Assembly (NCBI GenBank): GCA_017608025.1
Contig: JAFCGM010000001.1
Coordinates: 78,885 to 142,884 of the forward strand
Direction of reading: 5' to 3'
Length of the DNA: 64,000 nt
From: Candidatus Pacearchaeota archaeon
Lineage (GTDB): Archaea > Nanobdellota > Nanobdellia > UBA10117 > JABICX01
The notes beneath the pieces were generated by a model. It was not told where the DNA came from. It did not search any database and saw only the letters and a program-made list of their open reading frames with translations. Positions 47,804-55,409 of this stretch are shown in pieces. Position numbers and translations under genes: made by a program. Every line of letters starts with the position of its first letter. The first letter of the stretch is position 1.

Positions 47804-48510
47804 TTTGCCAGTTTTCTTTTAATTTCACCTTCAGAAAGAGTATTAGTTCCTGCTTTTGAGGAAGTTACTACTTCTAGTTTTTTCATGCTGAAATTCTTTG
47901 ACTGGATTCTCTTAAAAATTTTGACTCCAAGAGTTATTGCTTCCTCTTCAGTCATATTTTCTTTCCAGTCTTTCTCAAGCATTTTGTTAGCTTCATCGCT
48001 TTTTTGGCCAATTGCCTTGGCTTTGTATTCAAAGTAGCTTCCGCTTGGTTCAGTCAGGAAAATTGAAGGTTTTTTTCCTACTCCTGCGATTATGAATGAT
48101 ATTCCGAACGGCCTTGCGCCGCCGTACTGAGTGTAAGCCTGCTTAATGTCTGCAATGTATTTTACAATGCTTTCAACTTCAATATCTTCTCCGTAAGTTA
48201 CTTTGTGCTGCTGAGCACGAACTCTTGCTTTTTTAACAAGAATTCTTGCGTCGCTCATGAAACCAGACGATGCTGCAATGATGCAATCATCTATTTTGAA
48301 AACTTTGCTTACAGAATCCTGCATAAGAAGCTTGTCTGTTCTATATCTATCAGCAATAATGACAACACAGTCTTTTGCTGCGATTCCGATTACAGTTGCG
48401 CCTAGAGAAACTGCTTTTTTAGCATATTCAACTTGAAGAAGTCGTCCATCTGGACTGAACATAGTAATTGCTCGGTCATATCCCATTGCTTGGTTTGGCA
48501 TAAATTGCAT
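47800..48510 (-). CDS. psmA: Proteasome alpha subunit
   Basis: GYDRAITMFSPDGRLLQVEYAKKAV is the 20S alpha-subunit signature. Confidence 0.8.
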   Translation of the reverse strand: MQFMPNQAMGYDRAITMFSPDGRLLQVEYAKKAVSLGATVIGIAAKDCVVIIADRYRTDKLLMQDSVSKVFKIDDCIIAASSGFMSDARILVKKARVRAQQHKVTYGEDIEVESIVKYIADIKQAYTQYGGARPFGISFIIAGVGKKPSIFLTEPSGSYFEYKAKAIGQKSDEANKMLEKDWKENMTEEEAITLGVKIFKRIQSKNFSMKKLEVVTSSKAGTNTLSEGEIKRKLAK

Positions 48511-48630
48511 TTTAATTTCACTCCTTTTTTGCAGAAGCTTTTTCTAAAAGCTTCATTTTACTTTGACCTTATTTAGAAGGCCTGAAGTTTTTAATGGAAT
48601 CCCTTTCAAAAAGGTCTTCCAACCCCAAAC

Positions 48631-48942
48631 TTATTTTAATTTATTAATAACGCCCGAGGTTTTTAATGTTTCGATTTTCACTTTTTTTACTAAAGAGAGA
48701 GCAATTTTTACATGGTTAACCCATTTTGAATTTACAGCAACAACTCCTTGTTGCTTGGTTTTGTTCCATGTTTCCTTTAGGAATGTTACTCCGGCTTTCG
48801 CGTAGCCGAACTCGCCTAGAAATGACAGACATGCTTTCATGACAATGTCTGAGATTTCATTTTTGTCTCTTTTATTTTTAGATTTCACTTCAAAGAGTAT
48901 ATAATGCTTTCGTTCTTTCAAAGTCGGCAGTAATGGTTTCAT
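48631..48942 (-). CDS. RNase P protein subunit Pop5 (Rnp2)
   Basis: HYILFEV ... GVVAVNSKWVNHVKIALSL pattern and superoperon position upstream of psmA. Start moved to the internal Met (MKPLL) because the upstream codons lie in a repeat element. Confidence 0.5.
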   Translation of the reverse strand: MKPLLPTLKERKHYILFEVKSKNKRDKNEISDIVMKACLSFLGEFGYAKAGVTFLKETWNKTKQQGVVAVNSKWVNHVKIALSLVKKVKIETLKTSGVINKLK

Positions 48943-48951
48943 TGCTAATCC

Positions 48952-49035
48952 TTTTCTTTCCCGAAAGAAAGGTCTGAACAAGTTCAGGCGCGAACTCTGT
49001 TCGTTTCTAAGCCTTACCCTAAAGAAAGGGTTCTT
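48952..49035. repeat. Copy of the modular element: ccttttctttcccgaaagaaagg-tctgaacaagttcagg-cgcgaactctgttcg-tttctaagccttaccctaaagaaaggg
   Basis: Same arrangement as 42251..42348, with a compensatory base-pair change in hairpin 1 (ctgaaT..Attcag versus ctgaaC..Gttcag). Confidence 0.55.
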
Positions 49036-49119
49036 CCGAGAATATTACTTAAAATGAAAAAATCAGGGTTTTTAAAGGTTATTTGTACTTTTGTTCAAGC
49101 TTAGAATTGCTTATTTTAA

Positions 49120-49428
49120 TCATTTCCAGGAAAGATGGTCTGCGAGGTATTCTCCAGTAAAGTGTCCGCCAGTAAAACCACTTATCATTGAAATGTCTCC
49201 ATCAACAACTTCGTAAGCCGGAGTGTTGTATATAATTCTTTCTAGAATATCACTAACTGCTGTTACAGAAGTTCCTATTCCGATTTTTGCGAAAACTGCT
49301 GGGGCTGTTTTTTCAGAGAACACTGAACGTGCTTTCTTGCTTACAAATCCTACACCTATTCCTGTAAGATATCCAAGTCCGCCTTCCCATATAAATCGTC
49401 CAAAGAACTTTAAAGTTTCGTCATCCAT
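49120..49428 (-). CDS. Hypothetical Gly-rich small membrane-associated protein
   Basis: ORF only. Confidence 0.3.
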   Translation of the reverse strand: MDDETLKFFGRFIWEGGLGYLTGIGVGFVSKKARSVFSEKTAPAVFAKIGIGTSVTAVSDILERIIYNTPAYEVVDGDISMISGFTGGHFTGEYLADHLSWK

Positions 49429-49540
49429 TTCAATTAAATTATGTTAAAATTCCTTTAAAAATCTTATTGTTTTGTAATTACTAATTGGAAACGACTGATT
49501 TAAGCAGGATTTATATTTTAAAACAGGCATATAAATAATT

Positions 49541-49864
49541 ATGAAACTAAGACTGCCTACTTTCAGCGAAAGGATTGCAGGGATTTCTGTTCTGACAATG
49601 CTTGGAATTATTTTCTTTTCATGGCAAGAACTTTCACTTGTTGTTAATGTTATTTTCGTATTTTATGTCAGTGGAATGGTAAGCATGTTGATTTCAACAG
49701 GATTAATTTTGTTTTTTGAAAAAGAGTTTCCAGAATTCAAGGAATTTCTGTTTGTTGACAATTTAGGACCAATGAACTTTTCCCTTAGCCTTTTCACTGT
49801 GCTTTTGTTTGTAATTGGATTTATTTTAAGATACTGGATAATTAATTACTATTTGATTCCCTGA
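49541..49864 (+). CDS. Hypothetical membrane protein (3 TM)
   Basis: ORF; hydrophobic segments. Confidence 0.3.
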   Translation: MKLRLPTFSERIAGISVLTMLGIIFFSWQELSLVVNVIFVFYVSGMVSMLISTGLILFFEKEFPEFKEFLFVDNLGPMNFSLSLFTVLLFVIGFILRYWIINYYLIP

Positions 49865-49948
49865 GCCCTTTTGAAAAAAGCGTGAGCAGAAAAAACTATC
49901 TTATAATTATTTTCATATCAGAGCTCTTTTGGAAAAAGCGTTGGGAAA
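49863..49948. repeat. Two copies of the module gagcccttttgaaaaaagcgtgagcagaaaaaac (49863..49895) and ctcttttggaaaaagcgttgggaaac (49921..49946), between the convergent gene ends
   Basis: Alignment with the tRNA-Arg intron and with the 25159/27110 copies. Confidence 0.5.
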
Positions 49949-49949
49949 C

Positions 49950-50120
49950 TTATTGTTCTTTTTTTGAAGCCCACTTTCTTTTTGCAGGGTTTCTCTTGAG
50001 TTTGAGAAGGTTTTTTTCGCATTTTGATGAGCAAAACCACAATATCTTACCGTTTTTCTTTATGAGCATTTTTCCAGTTCCTCTTGGAATCTCTTTTTTG
50101 CAAAAACTGCAGAATTCCAT
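49950..50120 (-). CDS. rpl24e: Ribosomal protein L24e, 56 aa, missed by the ORF track
   Basis: Hand-translated MEFCSFCKKEIPRGTGKMLIKKNGKILWFCSSKCEKNLLKLKRNPAKRKWASKKEQ. The C.FC...I..G.G ... FCS.KC pattern is the L24e signature. The start overlaps the S28e stop (TAATG). Confidence 0.7.
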   Translation of the reverse strand: MEFCSFCKKEIPRGTGKMLIKKNGKILWFCSSKCEKNLLKLKRNPAKRKWASKKEQ

Positions 50121-50374
50121 TATCTTCTGCCTCCTTTTAATGGAGATGCTTCAATTTCTGTTTGCGTTAAAAGCAAGTAATCTCCGACCTGAATCGGACC
50201 GAGAACATTCCTTCTCATAACTTTTCCAGAATCCTTTCCTTCCAAAACCTTGCACCGGACTTGGTATCCGCCTTTATGTCCAAGAGAACCGAGAACTTCA
50301 ATTACTTTGGCAGAAGACACGCTCTCTTGATGTTCCTCAAGTGTTTTTTTCTTTTTTTCTGCTCCTCGTGCCAT
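50120..50374 (-). CDS. rps28e: Ribosomal protein S28e
   Basis: AKVIEVLGSLGHKGGYQVRCKVLEGKDSGKVMRRNVLGPIQVGDYLLL matches the S28e consensus. Confidence 0.75.
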   Translation of the reverse strand: MARGAEKKKKTLEEHQESVSSAKVIEVLGSLGHKGGYQVRCKVLEGKDSGKVMRRNVLGPIQVGDYLLLTQTEIEASPLKGGRR

Positions 50375-50512
50375 AGTTTTCTTCTAAATTTTTTGAAGAG
50401 ACCCACTCAACCGCGAAATCAGCTAGGGCTAAAGCCCAAGGCGGAACTATGTTCCTTCTGGCGCTTTCATCAGGCAGGTGTTAGTTTGATGCCTGATAAT
50501 GTTAAAGGTTTC

Positions 50513-51043
50513 TTATTTTTTGTCCTCCTCTTTCTCTTCAGGTTTCTTTTCCTCTGAAGCTTCTTCTTTGGATTCAGATTTTTCCTGTTTTTCTGTTTCA
50601 GATTCTTCAGGAGTTTTTTCTTGTTTTTTTGTTTCCTGTTTTTCTGAATCAGATTTTTCCTTTGGCTTTTCTTCTTTCTTTTCTTCAGGTGCAGAACCCT
50701 TCTTTAAAGTTTCAATTGACTTTAATACAGATATTAGTTGCTTTTTAGAGTCTCCTGCGTTTACAATTGAAACAGCAGCAGTTCCAACCGGAAGTCCGGC
50801 AGCAGTACCAAGCTCTGTTTTTGAAGGAACGATTACCAAAGGAATTTCCTTTTCCTTAGATAGAAGTGGAAAATGCATTGTGATTTCCTGGGGCTGAACA
50901 TCACTAGCTATTATAACAAGCTTTGCTTCAGCTTTTTCAATGCTTTTGGTAACTTCATTGGCACCTTTCCGTAGTTTGCCGTCTACCTTCACGCTCTCAA
51001 TGAGCTTGTAGACTTTTTCAGCTAATTCTTGTGGTATTTCCAT
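50513..51043 (-). CDS. rpl7ae: Ribosomal protein L7Ae (K-turn binding) with a ~55-aa Lys/Glu/Ser-rich C-terminal tail
   Basis: KLRKGANEVTKSIEKAEAKLVIIASDVQPQEITMHFPLLSKEKEIPLVIVPSKTELGTAAG matches the L7Ae core; low-complexity EEKKEEKPKEK tail. Confidence 0.75.
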   Translation of the reverse strand: MEIPQELAEKVYKLIESVKVDGKLRKGANEVTKSIEKAEAKLVIIASDVQPQEITMHFPLLSKEKEIPLVIVPSKTELGTAAGLPVGTAAVSIVNAGDSKKQLISVLKSIETLKKGSAPEEKKEEKPKEKSDSEKQETKKQEKTPEESETEKQEKSESKEEASEEKKPEEKEEDKK

Positions 51044-51486
51044 CCTTGGTCACCTTTGTTATGATTAAGTTAGTGAGTTTAAAAAGATTTCGCTGGCTTT
51101 TTCTAAAAGGGCTTATTTGTGCATAAATATGATTTTATTTATTATATAAAGATACTAAGGTAACTCGTTGAATTGTATTGTTCTGTAAGCAATGCTGGTT
51201 CAATTCCAATGCTTTCAAGAGAAGATATTATTGAACTAATTTTTGTGTCATTTCCGCGTATTGATATATTACATATGTCTGTTGGAGAATTTGTAGTTTT
51301 ATAATAACTGAGCTTAAAATCACTTATTGGATAATTAAGTGATTCTTCATCTTTTAATAATGCTACTTTACTTAAAGAAAGAAGTTCTGTTAATCCAATG
51401 ATTCCTCTTTCATCGTGAAAAATACAACGGCCGCAGTTTGTTGCTTCTTGAAGTTTTTTACCAGTATAAAAAATTATTGTGTTTGA

Positions 51487-53142
51487 TTATTTATGAGTAA
51501 AAATAAATTCCAGTTTGTCCTTTGATTTTTTCTCCAATCTGCAGAAGCCGAACCTTTCAAACTGGATAACTTCACCGACTTTTATATCTGAGCAGTTCTT
51601 CTCGCAAAGGCCTTTGGTCTTTGTGCCGTCTGTCATTAATATTTCTGCTTTGAGATTTGAATCTGGAACCCAATGTATTTTCTGAGTTGAATGTTTTACT
51701 TGATTATCAGTTATTTTTGCTTTTTTATTTAGAATTACATTTGTCAGGTCTTTTAATCGAGTTTCTTTGCCTTTGTTTTTAATGAAATCTTTTTTATTTA
51801 CATAGACAATGTCATTCACTTTTATTTTTCTTTTTGCTTTTTTGTCTGGGTGAAGTGGGATTTCCGCAGTTTTTTTGTGCTTTCCAACAAGCTCTATTTT
51901 TACTGGATTTTTTACAAAGAAATAACGGTTGCATTCTTTGTCAAGGAACTTTCGGTTAATTGATGACAAAAGAGTTTCATCAATTGGAGTAGGGGTTTTT
52001 GAAAGCCCGACTTTTTTCGCAAGCTCGTAAAAGGTTTCTTTTACAAATCCCCGCCTTTCAAGTGCTGAGAGTGTTGGGAGTGTAGGATGATTCCAAGGAA
52101 GTCCTTTTTCTTCAACAAGCTTTCGAAGATATCTGCCAGAGGATTTTTCAAGACCTACAACATCAAATCTTCCATATTGAATATAGGTTTTTTCCCTAAA
52201 TCCAAGGAGTTTTGACAGGTATTTTTGGAGTTCTATTCTTTCATTTCCAAATTCTATGCTTCTCATAACATGAGTCACTTTAGTGTACTCTTCCTCGCAG
52301 ACAGATTCAAAATCATAAAGAGGCCAGACATTAAATTTGTTGCCTTGGCGATAGTGTTTTGAATAGTTTATTCTGAATAAAGAAGGGTCTCTTAATACGT
52401 AATTTTTTGATTTAATATTTCCTTTTAACCTAAGAGAGCATTCACCTTCTTTGTATTTTCCTGAAAGCATTTTTTTCCACAAATTTTCTGTTTCTTTTAC
52501 AGATGTTTTTGAGCAAGCGCAGGATTTTCCTTGTTTTCTAAAGTTTGAAATTGTCTCTCGGTTGCAGAAGCAGACATACGCCTTGTTCTTTTTAATGAGT
52601 TTTTCAGCATCTTTATACATTTTTTCAATATCGTCTGAAGCAAATATTGTTTTGCTAGGCTTTATTTTTAGATAATCAATAATTCCGTGCTTAAATGAAT
52701 TGACAAACTCTTGCTTATCTTTGTCTGGATTTGTGTCATCAAATCGAAGAACGCATTTTCCATTGTATTCCTTTGCATAAATATAATTTATTAAGAAAGA
52801 TATTGCATGTCCTGCTGTCATGAATTTGCTTGGTCCTGGCGGAATTCTGGTTACAACTTTTCCCTTTTCAGCATTAGGTATTTTTGCAAGGCCTTTCTCC
52901 TTTTTTTTCTGAACTAGAATTTCTGGAAATTTTGACTTTATTCTACTTTTTTGTTTTGAAAATGAAAGAGAATTGATCTTTTTTACAGTACTGATAATTT
53001 TTGGCATTACACTTTTTATTTTTTCTTTGGAAATTATTTTGTTTCCAAGGAGCTTTCCCAAAACTGCCTTTTCATTTGCTTTTCCATTATGCGCGAATGC
53101 ATTTTCCAAAGCAAATTTTTCAATAGAATCTTTAAATTTCAT
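51487..53142 (-). CDS. gltX: Glutamyl-tRNA synthetase (archaeal type)
   Basis: RIPPGPSKFMTAGHAISF ... CVLRFDDTNPDKDK matches the class I Glu/GlnRS signature; 551 aa. Confidence 0.7.
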   Translation of the reverse strand: MKFKDSIEKFALENAFAHNGKANEKAVLGKLLGNKIISKEKIKSVMPKIISTVKKINSLSFSKQKSRIKSKFPEILVQKKKEKGLAKIPNAEKGKVVTRIPPGPSKFMTAGHAISFLINYIYAKEYNGKCVLRFDDTNPDKDKQEFVNSFKHGIIDYLKIKPSKTIFASDDIEKMYKDAEKLIKKNKAYVCFCNRETISNFRKQGKSCACSKTSVKETENLWKKMLSGKYKEGECSLRLKGNIKSKNYVLRDPSLFRINYSKHYRQGNKFNVWPLYDFESVCEEEYTKVTHVMRSIEFGNERIELQKYLSKLLGFREKTYIQYGRFDVVGLEKSSGRYLRKLVEEKGLPWNHPTLPTLSALERRGFVKETFYELAKKVGLSKTPTPIDETLLSSINRKFLDKECNRYFFVKNPVKIELVGKHKKTAEIPLHPDKKAKRKIKVNDIVYVNKKDFIKNKGKETRLKDLTNVILNKKAKITDNQVKHSTQKIHWVPDSNLKAEILMTDGTKTKGLCEKNCSDIKVGEVIQFERFGFCRLEKKSKDKLEFIFTHK

Positions 53143-54182
53143 GCTAATTCAGGGTATGCTTTTTTCAGCAGAAGTTTGTTTTTGTTTAGCCTATTTCTGA
53201 CTTTAGATATTATGGCTTCAAGTTCTTCTGCAAGGGAGTTTTTCAGGTCCATTGGATGTATTTTTCCCTGAGAAAATGACTTTTGCAATTCTGAAAATGT
53301 TTTGAAAGTTACATTTCCTCCGAATTTTTCTGGCCGTTTTATTAGCAAGTTTCTTTTTTGATATTCCAGCATTGGGAAAACAACGAGCTCGAAAATATCA
53401 AGAACTGGATTATTTTTGGTTTCTCCTGCCTTGCAGAAAGCGTTTTTCACTTTTTTATATATTTCCTTTTTCGAATCAATTAAGGATATTTTTTTTCCAG
53501 AAGAGGAAGACATTTTTCCACCCATTTTATTTCCTTCAAGGTTTCCAATTAAAGGAGTGAAAATGCAAACCGGCTTTTGATGGCCAATTTGAGGCAATAG
53601 TTCGCGGCCGAGCATGTAAATTCCTCTTTGGTCAACTCCAGAGAAGGCAATGTCTGCCTTTAGTGCAATTATGTCTTCGATTTGCATGAATGGATAAAAG
53701 AAGCCACCCATTTTCGGGGCGTTTCCAAATCGAACAACTTCAGAGGTTGCTCTTTTTGTTCTTTTTAGAGTTACGAGATTGCTCATTTGCAGAATGTCAA
53801 GCCAATATTGCTTGCTGAATTCAAAATCAGAACCCTTGACCATTTTAATTTTTGACTCGTTTATTCCAAGGACTGAGAGAACTGCTTTTATGATTTCAAT
53901 ATATATTTTTGCGCGTGCGTCGAGAAGGTTCCACGGAGCCTTTTTATCATCAAGATATGCGTGAAGGTTTGCAGCCATAAATGTGAAGTCAATTCCAGAA
54001 GAAATTAAATCTCCTATTTTAAAGATAGGAACCAAATGACCGATGTGGAGCATTCCTGAAGTGGCATATCCCATGTATGCTTTTGGCTTTTTGTTTGATT
54101 TCAGAAGAGCCTGGAGTTCAGCTTCCTCAACAATTTCAAGAGTGTTTCTTTTTATTTTTTCAAGCTTTTCTTTTAGATTCAT
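53139..54182 (-). CDS. tyrS: Tyrosyl-tRNA synthetase
   Basis: High similarity in pattern to archaeal TyrRS: MGYATSGMLHIGH, LHAYL, GGKMSSSSGKK (KMSKS variant), and C-terminal RPEKFGGNVTFKTFSELQKSFSQGKIHPMDLKN. Confidence 0.8.
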   Translation of the reverse strand: MNLKEKLEKIKRNTLEIVEEAELQALLKSNKKPKAYMGYATSGMLHIGHLVPIFKIGDLISSGIDFTFMAANLHAYLDDKKAPWNLLDARAKIYIEIIKAVLSVLGINESKIKMVKGSDFEFSKQYWLDILQMSNLVTLKRTKRATSEVVRFGNAPKMGGFFYPFMQIEDIIALKADIAFSGVDQRGIYMLGRELLPQIGHQKPVCIFTPLIGNLEGNKMGGKMSSSSGKKISLIDSKKEIYKKVKNAFCKAGETKNNPVLDIFELVVFPMLEYQKRNLLIKRPEKFGGNVTFKTFSELQKSFSQGKIHPMDLKNSLAEELEAIISKVRNRLNKNKLLLKKAYPELA

Positions 54183-54378
54183 ATTATTAAAAACAAAGCA
54201 GAGAAATAAAAAGTTTTGCTATCAATTGAATTTTTCCAAAAAATTAACTACTGCAAAGAAATTAATATTTTATTTTTTATAACTAATATTAATCACAAAA
54301 GATTGTAGGATGTAAAAGTGTAAAGATACTCGCGCGAGTCGCCCATCATCAAGTTGAAGGTAACCTAAATAATAAATA

Positions 54379-55083
54379 TTACCTGCAATCCACTGCTTTT
54401 ACATATTTTCTGGCAATTTGGGCAAGCTCTTCTGCTTCTTCCTCTGAAAAGCTTTTTTCGCTGTTGTAAGTAGGATTTAAGCAGTTTCCTGGCTTGAATC
54501 TTTGAAGAAAGTATTTTTTACTGCCTTTTATCCACTTTGCAATTTTTTCAATGTCTTTTTTTGAATGATGCTTTGGAAGAATTGTTGTTCTAAATTCATA
54601 TTCTTGAGCCAGTTTTTTTATTACTTCAATGCTTGCTTCTATTTTGGAAATATCAACTGGAATTCCTGCGGTTTTAAAGTATTTTTCTTTGCAGTTTTTG
54701 ATATCCATTGCTACATAATCAACCAGTTTTTTACTTAAGATTTTTTCAAGAATTTTAGGAGCTGAGCCATTTGAGTCAAGCTTTACTAAAAAACCTTCTT
54801 TTTTCAGAAGTTTAAGCATTGGAATTAATTTAGGGAACATTGTGGGTTCCCCGCCAGTTATTTCAACTGCATCAATCCATTTTTTTCTTTTCTTTAAGTC
54901 AGAAAGGATTTCATAAAAATCAAGGTCATTATATTCTTCTGGATGCATTACAATGTGGCTGTTGTGGCAGTAAGGGCATTTGAAATTGCAGCCAGGAGTG
55001 AATATTATTGAAACAATTTTGCCTGGCCATTCAACCATGCTGCTTCGTTCATATCCTTTTACAAGAATCTCTTTATATTTCAT
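54379..55083 (-). CDS. nrdG: Anaerobic ribonucleotide reductase activating enzyme (radical SAM)
   Basis: CNFKCPYCHNS radical-SAM Cys triad; last gene of the nrdD operon. Confidence 0.75.
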   Translation of the reverse strand: MKYKEILVKGYERSSMVEWPGKIVSIIFTPGCNFKCPYCHNSHIVMHPEEYNDLDFYEILSDLKKRKKWIDAVEITGGEPTMFPKLIPMLKLLKKEGFLVKLDSNGSAPKILEKILSKKLVDYVAMDIKNCKEKYFKTAGIPVDISKIEASIEVIKKLAQEYEFRTTILPKHHSKKDIEKIAKWIKGSKKYFLQRFKPGNCLNPTYNSEKSFSEEEAEELAQIARKYVKAVDCR

Positions 55084-55093
55084 ATTAACATGA

Positions 55094-55390
55094 TTAGTTT
55101 GTGAGATTGTTAATTGTTTTTTCAGATTTTTCAGCTGAATGGCTGTTTGGTTTAAGGAGATTGTGCAGCTGCTTTGATGTTATATTGTAAAACACGCTGT
55201 ATTCATCAGGTTTCTGCTTGAATTTTAAGCTGCTAACTCCGTATTTTTTTAATTCTATTTGGAATTCTCTTGCTTTTAAGTCCGAGTCTGTGTTTATTCC
55301 GCACATGTATTCTCCATTGACATTTGCTGGAGAATGCACTATATATCCTTTTTCTTCAAGTTTGTGCATGTATTCTTGTAGTTCTTTCAT
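55094..55390 (-). CDS. Hypothetical small protein between nrdD and nrdG
   Basis: ORF; operonic position. Confidence 0.3.
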   Translation of the reverse strand: MKELQEYMHKLEEKGYIVHSPANVNGEYMCGINTDSDLKAREFQIELKKYGVSSLKFKQKPDEYSVFYNITSKQLHNLLKPNSHSAEKSEKTINNLTN

Positions 55391-55409
55391 TTAACAATAA
55401 AGTAAAAAA

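Noticed and set aside
49882-50220. 112-aa plus-strand ORF
   Set aside because: It lies antisense to the rpl24e and rps28e coding sequences and crosses a repeat element; treated as spurious.
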